A stretch of 64,000 bases of DNA from assembly GCA_964648105.1 (NCBI GenBank), contig CAZYMH010000002.1:118101-182100 (forward strand). The letters run 5' to 3'. Origin of the DNA: an uncultured Candidatus Saccharibacteria bacterium. Lineage in GTDB: Bacteria; Patescibacteriota; Saccharimonadia; Saccharimonadales; 2-12-FULL-41-12. Under the pieces are notes generated by a model. The model was not told the origin of the DNA and did no database searches. It saw only the letters and a list, made by a program, of their open reading frames with translations. Each line of letters begins with the position of its first letter. The first letter of the stretch is position 1. The position numbers were made by a program, and so were the translations under genes. This document shows positions 52,158 through 61,686 of this stretch, in pieces.

Positions 52158-53704
52158 TGAACTATAATAATTTCTTAACATCTATAACAAAAAATAAAAA
52201 ATTATTATTTTTCGGCTTCGGATTTGTCGTTATTTTATATATATGCTCTCAATTTGGACTAGTTATTATACAAACCGAAGATAACTCAAATAAAAAAGTT
52301 TTTATAAATAAAATACTATCCAACTCTAAACAAACAAAAGGTTACGATATAAAAAAATCAAAAACAATGATTGTAAAAAAGGGAAATTACTCTTTTGATA
52401 TGTATAAAGACAATCAAACATCAACCGTATATTCGAAAATTAAAGGATTTTGGGTTAAAAAACTTTTTATTAAAAATTTTAATCAAAAGAGTTCTGAATA
52501 CGTAGGGGAAAGTGGTTTTGACTGCATGAACGCAAAAGGTGAGAATGTTTTACTTTATTCTTGCAAAAATAACATAGACACAAATAGTGTTGGCATAGAA
52601 CTAGTTAACTCAGAAAGTGGTATAAAAAAATCGGTATTTAATTACGACTACTTAGACTCCTACACAAACCTTGACGTTGATCAAAATGGAGGTATAACTA
52701 TTAAAAATATTAGCGATGGTTTGATAATTTTCTTAAAGAACAAAGCTGGAAAATTACTTTCTATAAAAGTTAATTTTAGTGGCCAACTCGAAAATCCGAA
52801 AACTTTTGAAAATGTTGATGTTAAGACTGTAATTAGTGACAAAAACATCGATACAAATACAGAGGGAAGTAGTTTTTCGGCTTTATTTGGAAATGAGTTA
52901 TTTTATAGCGAAAATAATCAAATTAAAAAGATTAACGTTAATAGCAGTGTTACAAATTACAGAATAGTGTACCTTGATAGTTCAATTTATCTTTTTGATG
53001 ACCAGCAGGCAATCGATAATATAGGAGCAGAACACATGGGCAAAAATAATGTTAATAAATCTGAAAAAACAGAAGTTGTAAGAATCGATAAAAAGTCTAA
53101 CAAAGTAAAAAATATAAAACTTGATGAGAATTTTATGATCAATTATTTTTCAAAGAACGATAAAAGCCTTTTATTGTTTGCGGCAAACACAACAAAACGT
53201 CCAATTATGCTTGATGATAATGGCAAGAAATCAGAATTGCTTATTGATACCAACAACATAATAAGTCCGTGCTTATCAAGCGACTTTTTTTATTTCGTCT
53301 CTTCTGATCGTATGTTTATCTACCAATATTCATTTAAAGACTCATTGTCGAAAGTACTTTACCAAACTCAGAAATTTTCGATTAATAGTATTAGTTGTAT
53401 GAATGATGTAGTTGGAATTAATTCGCTCGATAATAATACTTCAGATTCTCTAAATAAACTATTTAGGTTATCCGATGAACAAATTGGCTATGAAACACGA
53501 ATCACTGAGTTCCTGCCGATGACATACACTTATAAGTCTGATACTTATGATTTATCCTTGATGGGCAAAAAAATTGTTGTAAAGCTATCATATGATAGCG
53601 ACGGAAACGGAAGAAGTTCGGATAAAGATTTAACAGACGAATTTAATAAAATTTTTTCAGAAAAAGGTCTAAACACCACAAATTTGCAGTATATTTTTCA
53701 GTAA
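52157..53704 (+). CDS. Membrane-anchored Asn/Lys/Ile-rich protein, unknown function
   Basis: GTG start overlaps the previous stop. N-terminal TM helix. Very AT-rich coding sequence. Confidence 0.4.
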   Translation: MNYNNFLTSITKNKKLLFFGFGFVVILYICSQFGLVIIQTEDNSNKKVFINKILSNSKQTKGYDIKKSKTMIVKKGNYSFDMYKDNQTSTVYSKIKGFWVKKLFIKNFNQKSSEYVGESGFDCMNAKGENVLLYSCKNNIDTNSVGIELVNSESGIKKSVFNYDYLDSYTNLDVDQNGGITIKNISDGLIIFLKNKAGKLLSIKVNFSGQLENPKTFENVDVKTVISDKNIDTNTEGSSFSALFGNELFYSENNQIKKINVNSSVTNYRIVYLDSSIYLFDDQQAIDNIGAEHMGKNNVNKSEKTEVVRIDKKSNKVKNIKLDENFMINYFSKNDKSLLLFAANTTKRPIMLDDNGKKSELLIDTNNIISPCLSSDFFYFVSSDRMFIYQYSFKDSLSKVLYQTQKFSINSISCMNDVVGINSLDNNTSDSLNKLFRLSDEQIGYETRITEFLPMTYTYKSDTYDLSLMGKKIVVKLSYDSDGNGRSSDKDLTDEFNKIFSEKGLNTTNLQYIFQ

Positions 53705-53707
53705 TAC

Positions 53708-54757
53708 CTACAGTAAGATTGTGCTGACGGATTTGGTGAAGTTTTTCAGTATGATGTCGGCGTCGGTGGTAGTGATTATGGTCTGATAGTCTTTTAGGTA
53801 GTTAGTTAGGCTTTTGCGGCGGGAGCCGTCCAGTTCGCTAAATACATCGTCAAGTAAAAGCAGTGGCCTTTTGGCGGTTTTTTCCTCTAAAATTTGGAGT
53901 TCGATTATTTTTAGAGCTAGCATGAGAGTGCGGTTTTCGCCGCGTGAAGCCACTACCGAAAAAGGGCTGTCGTCTTTAAAAAATTCTATATCATCTCGGT
54001 GTGGCCCGCGACTAGTGTAACCACGGGTTTTATCGATATTTATTTGGTCTTCGAGCTGTCCGACCAAATCAGAAGCATAGTTACTAAGCGGTGTTTTACT
54101 TTTATAAATTAGGCTTACTTGTGTTGATTTACCAGCGATAACTGAGTAAATATCGCTGATTTTTTGATTAAATTCGGCAAGTAATGCTGTACGAGCCTTG
54201 ATAATTACGCTGGCTAGGTTAGACAAACGCACGTCCCAAGCAAACATTTCGGAGCTACTGCTAGCTTGTTTAAGTAGGGCGTTACGCTGAGCAACGACTC
54301 GTCGATAGTCGGCTATAACTTTGGCGTAGTTTTGATCGTACTTTTCGATAATATTATCGATAAATTCTCGCCGATTAGCTGGTTCTGAGCCTAAAAGATA
54401 TAAATCGTCGGGTTCAAATAATACCACGGGCTGAAGACAATCTTTAGGGATTTTTTTGTAGGTTTTGCCGTCTAACTCAAAAGTTTTAGATAGATTAAAT
54501 TCACTGGCTATTTTGATTACTCTGTTTTTATTATCATCACTATAAGCATCAAGCCTAGCCCAATCACATGATCGTTTTATCAAGGCGTAGTCTTTGGCCC
54601 GATATGATTTGCCGCTAGCAACCACCATTAGAGCTTCGAGTAAATTAGTTTTGCCAGCTCCATTTGGTCCAACGACAACATTTACGCCGTTGCCAATTTC
54701 AAACGATTCATCTTCGTACGAACGAAAATTCTGCAAACGAATATTGGTAAAAATCAT
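53708..54757 (-). CDS. recF: DNA replication and repair protein RecF
   Basis: LQNFRSYEDESFEIGNGVNVVVGPNGAGKTNLLEAL Walker A and C-terminal LLLLDDVFSELD. Confidence 0.9.
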   Translation of the reverse strand: MIFTNIRLQNFRSYEDESFEIGNGVNVVVGPNGAGKTNLLEALMVVASGKSYRAKDYALIKRSCDWARLDAYSDDNKNRVIKIASEFNLSKTFELDGKTYKKIPKDCLQPVVLFEPDDLYLLGSEPANRREFIDNIIEKYDQNYAKVIADYRRVVAQRNALLKQASSSSEMFAWDVRLSNLASVIIKARTALLAEFNQKISDIYSVIAGKSTQVSLIYKSKTPLSNYASDLVGQLEDQINIDKTRGYTSRGPHRDDIEFFKDDSPFSVVASRGENRTLMLALKIIELQILEEKTAKRPLLLLDDVFSELDGSRRKSLTNYLKDYQTIITTTDADIILKNFTKSVSTILL

Positions 54758-54778
54758 TATGTTTATATTATAAGATTT

Positions 54779-55867
54779 TTAGCTTTTAAGCGGCATAATT
54801 ATATGAACATAATCTTGGTCACTGCCCTTAATAACACATGGCTCAAGCTTACCATTAAAACAAATCGATACTTTTTGGTCATTAATAACATTTAAAGCAT
54901 CGCTAATATAACGAGAATTAAGGGTGATCGAACCAGACCCAACAACTTCGGCTTCGGCCGTGGCGGTATTTTCGCCAAGTTGAGAAGCAACTGATTGAAT
55001 ACTGATTTGGTTTTTTTCATCATCGGCATTTAGGGTCACACTGCCTGCACTTTCACGGGCAAAAAGCGAAGACACCTTAGTTATATTAGCCAGTTCATCG
55101 CGGCCAATAGCGGCAGTTGTTTCAAACTTTATTGGAATCAACGAGCGATAGGGTGGATATTTACCATCAATTAGCCGAGTAACAAGCTCAACGTCTTCGA
55201 TCTCGAATAATACTTGCTGTTCGTCGTGAGTGATCGAAACAGTCTGATCTTTATCGCCAATTATTCTTAACAAATCTGCCACAGCCGAAGCGGGGATAAG
55301 CAGTGATACTTCTTGTTTGAGCGGTATCACCTTGCGTTCGGCTAAACGATAACTATCGGTGGACACGACATACAAATCACCGTCTAATGTATAAAAATAA
55401 ACGCCAGTAAGCACAGGTCTGGTGTCGTCATTGCTAGCTGCAACAACAACTTGTTGCAAAGCTTTTTTGAGCTTAAGTGAATTTATTGTCCAGGTTACGC
55501 CGTTGTCAATTTTGGGCATGACAGGATAATCTTCGATTGGAGAGCCGTTGATAGTCGAATTGTAGGCTGGGGTAGTGATATGAATTTTGGTATCCTGAAC
55601 TTCAAAATTAATCACCCCACTAGGCAAACTAGACACAAATTCTTGCAAAAGCTTAGCTGGGACGGTTATCGAGCCTTCCTCGCTAACTTTCGAGCCTATG
55701 TAGTGCGTAATGGCGATATTTAGGTTGGTTGCTGCTATACAAACTCGATTATCAATTGTTTTGATTAAGACATTAGATAAAATCGGTAGGGCATTGCGAC
55801 TAGACGCAACTCTGGCAACATTATTTAGAGCTTTGTTTAGGTTTTCTTGTGTGACTTGTAATTTCAT
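54779..55867 (-). CDS. dnaN: DNA polymerase III beta sliding clamp
   Basis: MKLQVTQENLNKALNNVARVASSRNALPILSNVLI... is a typical DnaN N-terminus. Position between dnaA and recF. Confidence 0.9.
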   Translation of the reverse strand: MKLQVTQENLNKALNNVARVASSRNALPILSNVLIKTIDNRVCIAATNLNIAITHYIGSKVSEEGSITVPAKLLQEFVSSLPSGVINFEVQDTKIHITTPAYNSTINGSPIEDYPVMPKIDNGVTWTINSLKLKKALQQVVVAASNDDTRPVLTGVYFYTLDGDLYVVSTDSYRLAERKVIPLKQEVSLLIPASAVADLLRIIGDKDQTVSITHDEQQVLFEIEDVELVTRLIDGKYPPYRSLIPIKFETTAAIGRDELANITKVSSLFARESAGSVTLNADDEKNQISIQSVASQLGENTATAEAEVVGSGSITLNSRYISDALNVINDQKVSICFNGKLEPCVIKGSDQDYVHIIMPLKS

Positions 55868-56128
55868 TGGCTTAGGCTTTCCTTATCTTTATACTATTTA
55901 TTAATTAGTAGTAGTTTTAGTAGACTATGTGGATTGTGTTCAAAACTTGAATTTAACAGATGTAAAACACGATTTTTAATGTGTAAAAAAACTCTCAAAA
56001 ACTGAGTACAAAAATGTGTACAACGCTCATCTATCCACTGCGAGTATTTTAGCCAAAATTGAACCAGCGGAAAACTCATACTTAATAAACATTTTTTAAG
56101 CAACATAGACACAGCTCGTCCACAATCT

Positions 56129-57535
56129 TTACACATACAACTTTTCCTTAATTTCTTCTAAAGCATTTTTGATTTCTTCATCATAAACTTTTTCTTTGTC
56201 GATTTTGTCAATCGAATGAATCGCCGTGGTGTGATCTTTGCGACCTAATTCGCGGGCAATTTTTGGAAAACTCAGGTGCAGTTCGTTTCTGAGCATATAC
56301 ATAGCAATTTGCCTTGGCACTACAATATCGCGGTCGCGTTTGGGACCGAGAATATCCTCAATTGATAAATGAAAATACTTGGCGGTTTTTTCAATAATTT
56401 GTTTGGCAGTGATATGTTTCGGGCGGCCTTTACTCTTGCCAATCATAGCCTCGGCTGCTTCGAGAGTCGGTGGAATATTATGGAGTTCACAAAAGGCTAA
56501 GATGCGATTAAGTATTCCTTCTAGTTCGCGAATGTTACTTTTTACAAAACTTGCTAAGTATTCCACTAAGTCATGGGGCAAGCTAAGCCCCTGAGAGGCG
56601 GCTTTAGTTTGAACGATTGCACAACGAGTTTCAAAATCTGGTGCCTGCATGTCAATCGCCATACCCCATTCAAACCTCGATCTCAATCTATCGGTCAAAG
56701 TTGGTATATCTTTTGGCATAGTGTCGCTAGTAATAATTATTTGTTTATTAGCTTGATGCAAGGCATTGAAGGTGTGAAAGAATTCTTCTTGAGTTTTTTC
56801 TTTGCCAGCAATAAATTGAATGTCATCGACAATCAATACATCTGCACCCCTGTAATAACCAGCAAAAGCAGTATTTTTCTTGAACCTAATAGCATCTAAA
56901 AATTCTTGAACAAACTGCTCACTCGATATATAGACGATATTGGCATGTTTATTCTTTTTGGTAATTTCGTTACCAACTGCTTGGATTAAGTGAGTTTTGC
57001 CGATGCCAACTCCGCCATACAAAAACAACGGATTATATTTTTGGCCTGGCATACTGGCGACGGCTTGGCAGGCAGCATATGCTAGCTCATTGCCAGAACC
57101 AACAATAAAATTTTCGAATGTATATTTTTCATTTATACCTAAGCGATAAGTGTGAGTTAAGCTAGCTTTTTCGCTCGAAAAATTAGTTTTGGGAATTGTA
57201 CCTACAGAAGCATTTGAATTTGAGGTGTTAGAAGCTGAAGGGCTGTTAAGAATCACAACTTCGTCACTAACTCGTCGATTGAGCGACGAAACAGGTAATA
57301 TTTTATATTCGATCGACTCAACTTTAATTCCGTTATTAATCAGAGTTTTTTCAATTAAATCGTTAAAGCGATTTTCTAAATGTTGCTTAATAAAGACGTT
57401 CGGACTACCAATTACGGCTCGTCCCTTATCGAGTTTTAGTAGTCTAGTATTTTTAAACCACGTTACATAGTTGCCCTTTGAGAGTCCTAACTCTATTTCT
57501 CCCAGCACCGCCTGCCATATACCAATGGTATCCAC
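56129..57535 (-). CDS. dnaA: Chromosomal replication initiator DnaA
   Basis: AAA+ motifs LFLYGGVGIGKTHL and LIVDDIQF. C-terminal DNA-binding VPRQIAMYMLRNELHLSFPKIARELGRKDHTTAIHS. Confidence 0.95.
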   Translation of the reverse strand: MDTIGIWQAVLGEIELGLSKGNYVTWFKNTRLLKLDKGRAVIGSPNVFIKQHLENRFNDLIEKTLINNGIKVESIEYKILPVSSLNRRVSDEVVILNSPSASNTSNSNASVGTIPKTNFSSEKASLTHTYRLGINEKYTFENFIVGSGNELAYAACQAVASMPGQKYNPLFLYGGVGIGKTHLIQAVGNEITKKNKHANIVYISSEQFVQEFLDAIRFKKNTAFAGYYRGADVLIVDDIQFIAGKEKTQEEFFHTFNALHQANKQIIITSDTMPKDIPTLTDRLRSRFEWGMAIDMQAPDFETRCAIVQTKAASQGLSLPHDLVEYLASFVKSNIRELEGILNRILAFCELHNIPPTLEAAEAMIGKSKGRPKHITAKQIIEKTAKYFHLSIEDILGPKRDRDIVVPRQIAMYMLRNELHLSFPKIARELGRKDHTTAIHSIDKIDKEKVYDEEIKNALEEIKEKLYV

Positions 57536-57932
57536 TATTCTAACTACCCTCCTTATTAAATGTTTGATAAATTAATAGACCAAAAACCCACATTAATAGT
57601 CGCAAATTTTTCTAAACTTGTACTAAAAATAGTAGCAGTTTTTGCTAAAGTTTTCCACATGTATATACAAAATAACTACATTTATGTGCCAAAATTTCAA
57701 AAACACTAGTAAGTTTTTACACACACCATAAACATATCTGTTAAATTTGTGGATAAAATTAACGGTAGGGTGGATAACTAATCAAAATAGTGGCAAAAAC
57801 CATGTAAAAAAATCTACTTTTAGCTAGTCTTGTTTAACCAAAAAAGTTGGACTAGTCAATCAGACCAATGTAGTGTATAATAATCTCTAAAGTTTTAAAT
57901 TATTATAAAAATTCAGTAAGGACCGTGTATTT
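57536..57932. promoter_or_regulatory. Probable oriC / dnaA-rpmH intergenic region with DnaA boxes
   Basis: Perfect TGTGGATAA at about 57748-57756. One-mismatch boxes TTTTCCACA at about 57651-57659 and GGTGGATAA at about 57769-57777. AT-rich surroundings. Weaker boxes lie in the dnaN-dnaA spacer (55868-56128). Confidence 0.6.
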
Positions 57933-58070
57933 ATGCCTAAGCGAACTTTTCAGCCAAAAAAACGTCATCAAGCCAGAGAACATGGCTTTTTTAAGCGTAT
58001 GGCATCGAAAGCTGGTCGAAACGTACTTAAGCGACGCCGACTAAAAGGTCGCGTTCGCTTGACCCACTAA
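57933..58070 (+). CDS. rpmH: 50S ribosomal protein L34 (45 aa, below ORF-track cutoff)
   Basis: [45 protein letters not shown]. Confidence 0.92.
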   Translation: MPKRTFQPKKRHQAREHGFFKRMASKAGRNVLKRRRLKGRVRLTH

Positions 58071-58088
58071 TTGCTATAATAAAAATAT

Positions 58089-58436
58089 ATGATTAGTAAA
58101 ATCCATCGTTTTCATGGCCACGGTGCTTTGAATTACTTGTATCGAAATGGTAAGACCGTTCGTAGTGAAGCGATAAACTTACGTTTTTGCTCAGGCAAAA
58201 ATGACCAGTTTCGTATGTCGGTTATCGTTAGTAAAAAAGTTAGTAAATCGGCAGTCGTTCGCAACCGAATTCGACGCAGAATATACGAAATAGTTAGAAA
58301 TAGTTACAAAACAAGTCGGCCAAAAAGCTCGCATGACTTTGCATTTATTGTGTTTAGCGATAGTTTAGCGACTATGCCTAGCCAAGAACTAGACTCGTTA
58401 ATAAATGGCATTCTCAAAAAAGCAAATATTATTTAA
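58089..58436 (+). CDS. rnpA: Ribonuclease P protein component
   Basis: Position after rpmH. Basic RNR-motif region KKVSKSAVVRNRIRRRIYE. Confidence 0.85.
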   Translation: MISKIHRFHGHGALNYLYRNGKTVRSEAINLRFCSGKNDQFRMSVIVSKKVSKSAVVRNRIRRRIYEIVRNSYKTSRPKSSHDFAFIVFSDSLATMPSQELDSLINGILKKANII

Positions 58437-58521
58437 GTTAGTTTAAACTGGCCTATAAGTTGCAGATTTTTTAGGTTTATATCTGGTAAAGCTGCCCAAA
58501 AAGTGTTACAGTAAACCATAC

Positions 58522-59535
58522 ATGATTGAGTTTTACCGAGTGGTTATTGAACGACCAATATTTAATTTACTAGAGCTAATTTACGGGCTTATACCTGGCC
58601 ATGACTTAGGTTTGTCGATAATAATATTTACGGCTTTGATTCGGTTTGCCATGTGGCCGCTAGTTAAGAAGCAGCTTAATCACTCCCAAAAAATGAAAAA
58701 ACTAGCTCCCGAGCTTAAAAAAATTAAAAAACAAGCAGCCGGCGATCGTCAACAAGAAGCTAGGCTACAAATGGAGTTCTATAAAGAACATGAAATTAAG
58801 CCGTTCAGCACAATTGGTACGTTGATTGTGCAAATTCCTGTTTTTATTGGTTTGTATAAATCTGTAATTAAACTAATTCATGATCCAAATATTTTACAAA
58901 CATATGCTTATCCTTGGGTTAAGAATTTGCCATGGATTCAAGATTTGGCTAAAAATCCGCAAGATTTTCATGCAACATTCTTCGGCATGGTAGACCTAGC
59001 TCACAAAGGTATCACGCCAGGTCAAAACTTATATATTCCAGCATTAATTTTGGCATTATTAGCGGGTGCGATGCAGTATGTTCAAAGCAAACATTTACTC
59101 TCGGACCAAAAAGATAGCCGTAAATTGTCTGAGATTCTTAAAGCGGCAGCTAACGGCGAACAAGCAGATCAAGCAGAAATGACCGCTGCAGTGAGTAAAA
59201 GTATGCTGATATTTATGCCACTGATGACTGCTATCTTTTCACTTAATTTGCCGTCGGCACTATCATTATATTTTATCACCAGCAGCACGGTTGGTTACTT
59301 GCAACAACGCAAAATTTTCGCCGAGGATCAAGATGTTATGCAAAAAATTGCCGATAAACCGCTCAAAAAATCTACTAAAAATAATTTACCAACTAAGCAG
59401 TCTGTTGAGCCAACCGAAAATGTTAAACACCTAAAAACCAGTGACCCAAACATAACTGTCACTGTCACAAGATCATCAAGCACTAAAACAAATACCAACT
59501 CACCTACCAAAAAATCTAAAAAAAGGAGGAGATAA
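58522..59535 (+). CDS. yidC: Membrane protein insertase YidC (short Gram-positive type)
   Basis: GLSIIIFTALIRFAMWPLVKKQ...MKKLAPELKKIKKQ... is the YidC/Oxa1 core. Basic C-terminal tail. Confidence 0.85.
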   Translation: MIEFYRVVIERPIFNLLELIYGLIPGHDLGLSIIIFTALIRFAMWPLVKKQLNHSQKMKKLAPELKKIKKQAAGDRQQEARLQMEFYKEHEIKPFSTIGTLIVQIPVFIGLYKSVIKLIHDPNILQTYAYPWVKNLPWIQDLAKNPQDFHATFFGMVDLAHKGITPGQNLYIPALILALLAGAMQYVQSKHLLSDQKDSRKLSEILKAAANGEQADQAEMTAAVSKSMLIFMPLMTAIFSLNLPSALSLYFITSSTVGYLQQRKIFAEDQDVMQKIADKPLKKSTKNNLPTKQSVEPTENVKHLKTSDPNITVTVTRSSSTKTNTNSPTKKSKKRRR

Positions 59536-59541
59536 ATAATT

Positions 59542-60009
59542 ATGAATAATCAAAAAGAAGAATCAATCGGCTATGCCAAAAAGTACTTAGAAGATTTGTT
59601 GTCGTTTTTTGGATTGAACACTGATGTTTATGCTACTTGCGAGGACGAAAACGTTATCGAACTTGAAGTGCCGTCAACTCATATGAACGGTTTTTTGATT
59701 GGTCAAAAAGGCGAGACAATGCATTCGTTGCAATTTTTGGTTAGTTCTGCACTTAGGGCTAAAGAATATGAGCTAAACCGAGTCAATGTTGATATTGCCG
59801 AATATAAAAAACAGCGAGCAGGTCGCTTGAGTGAAAAGGCCATGGAGTGGATAAAAACCGTCAAGGACTCTGGTGAGCCAATGCATCTTCGTCCTATGAA
59901 CGCTTCTGATCGTCGAACTATTCACAAAACTGCCGAAGAATACGGCTTAACAACCGAGTCAGAAGGCGACGGCCGCGATCGGCATATTGTACTTAGGCCA
60001 AAAGACTAA
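59542..60009 (+). CDS. jag: Jag/KhpB-like KH + R3H RNA-binding protein
   Basis: GFLIGQKGETMHSLQFLV (KH-like) and a C-terminal R3H (NASDRRTIHKTAEEYGLTTESEG). Position after yidC. Confidence 0.8.
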   Translation: MNNQKEESIGYAKKYLEDLLSFFGLNTDVYATCEDENVIELEVPSTHMNGFLIGQKGETMHSLQFLVSSALRAKEYELNRVNVDIAEYKKQRAGRLSEKAMEWIKTVKDSGEPMHLRPMNASDRRTIHKTAEEYGLTTESEGDGRDRHIVLRPKD

Positions 60010-60017
60010 ACGCCTTA

Positions 60018-60527
60018 TTAGCGGTGATTTTTCTTCTTTTTAGTTTTTGATTTTTTCTTAGAGGTTTTGGTAATTTGTGGCGGAGAAGTTTTAGCTTGCC
60101 TAGATACTGGCTTTATTTGTTCTGGGGGTAATTCGACTAGTGACATTTCGTTATTTGATCTTCTAAAGTAAAAAATATAGATAGCAATACACAGCAAAAT
60201 AATTAGAATAATACTAGGCAGTAACAGATCACTTTTTTTGTTAGTTTCGGTCATAGACGTTTGATTATTCTTCGAATCGACAGTCACATTTGGTTCAAGT
60301 TGATTAGGGCTAGAAACCACTCCAAGATTTGACGGTTGGTTGTTCATTAGGGTTTCGCCAGCGTTGCTTTGCTGGAGCGAACCAGTTTGGTTTTGTAAAC
60401 TTTGAGTATTTTGAGACGACTGACTTGTTTGCTGCAGATTTTGAGTTGTTTGCATAGCTAGAACAGACTGACTGAAGCTAACGATAATACTGGTCGCGAC
60501 TAGACTTAATAGAATCTTATATTTCAT
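60018..60527 (-). CDS. Secreted Q/S/N-rich protein with C-terminal TM anchor and basic tail
   Basis: Signal peptide, low-complexity Q/S/N repeats, the TM helix LLLPSIILIILLCIAIYIFYF and a Lys-rich end. Confidence 0.4.
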   Translation of the reverse strand: MKYKILLSLVATSIIVSFSQSVLAMQTTQNLQQTSQSSQNTQSLQNQTGSLQQSNAGETLMNNQPSNLGVVSSPNQLEPNVTVDSKNNQTSMTETNKKSDLLLPSIILIILLCIAIYIFYFRRSNNEMSLVELPPEQIKPVSRQAKTSPPQITKTSKKKSKTKKKKNHR

Positions 60528-60557
60528 AAATATATTTTACCAAAAGCGTTAGCCAAA

Positions 60558-61685
60558 TTACGAATATTGTTTTAAAATTTTGTGAATCTCGCTAGACATT
60601 TTTTGCCATGAATATTTCTTGAACTGAACTTGCCCTAGCTCGGCCAAGTTTTTTTGAATTAACTTTGAGCTTATTACATTATCAATTTTTTGGGCGATAT
60701 CATCTACATTAAGCGGGTCAAAATATTCAGCTGCTGGGCCGTATACTTCTGGTAGGCAGGTAGCGTCAGAGCTGACTAGCGGGCAATTATAGCTCATTGC
60801 TTCGAGTCCTGGCAGGCCAAAGCCCTCGCTTAAAGACGGCAAAACATAACATTCGGCTTCTTGGTATAACCAAACTAACTCTTGGTCGGTTATGTAGCCT
60901 GGTATATGAATGTCGGATGAGTGCTTTCTGTTTTTTAGCCAGTTTTCTAGCTCATCGAAGTATTGTTCTTTTTTGCCTGCTAAAACCAGCTGAAGTTCGG
61001 GCTGACTAGATTTAAGCTTCTCAAATGCCAAAACTAAATTATGGATATTTTTGTGAGGAAATGGACTGCCGACATGAAAAATAAATGGCTTGGTAATATT
61101 TTTTAGCGGACTAGATTTAAGAGATGAGGCTATATCGCCAGCTTCATATACGCGGCTAATTTTATTTTTTGTAGATGGATAATGACTGGCTAAATCTTGG
61201 CTGACATAGTCAGTCGGAACAATTATTTGCCTAGAAAAATAATTTCCTTTAAAAAACATAAGTCTATAGCCAAACATGCGAATTTTGTGTAGCCAGCTTG
61301 GGTATTTGCCAGGCCTGACAAACCGTAGCATGGTTAAATCGTGCGTAAAAGTCACATTTTTGCCAAAGAAAAACAGTGGTGCAAAGCCAGTCATCGTAAA
61401 AAAAACTAAATTTGGCTTAAGTCGGTAGAGTAACCAAGAAAACGATATTTGGTGCAAAGGATTCATCGAAAATCTTGGTATATCAATTTTTTTAACGTTA
61501 ATATTTTGAGCGGGCGAGGTATAATCGTCGGTTTTTTCGACTAAAATTGTGTAAGTATTTATTTTATCTAACTCTGGCAAATACTCCAAAAAACGCTGGA
61601 CTGGCCTACCTGTACTAGCTCTGCGGATACGAGCATCAATCACAATATGTTTTTTGTCGGCTGTCATATTGGTACAATTATACAT
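60558..61685 (-). CDS. Glycosyltransferase family 4 (GT-B, GT1-type)
   Basis: C-terminal E-x7-E region VLPSLSEGFGLPGLEAMSYNCPLVSS. The start may be the internal ATG at 61667. Confidence 0.8.
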   Translation of the reverse strand: MYNCTNMTADKKHIVIDARIRRASTGRPVQRFLEYLPELDKINTYTILVEKTDDYTSPAQNINVKKIDIPRFSMNPLHQISFSWLLYRLKPNLVFFTMTGFAPLFFFGKNVTFTHDLTMLRFVRPGKYPSWLHKIRMFGYRLMFFKGNYFSRQIIVPTDYVSQDLASHYPSTKNKISRVYEAGDIASSLKSSPLKNITKPFIFHVGSPFPHKNIHNLVLAFEKLKSSQPELQLVLAGKKEQYFDELENWLKNRKHSSDIHIPGYITDQELVWLYQEAECYVLPSLSEGFGLPGLEAMSYNCPLVSSDATCLPEVYGPAAEYFDPLNVDDIAQKIDNVISSKLIQKNLAELGQVQFKKYSWQKMSSEIHKILKQYS

Positions 61686-61686
61686 A

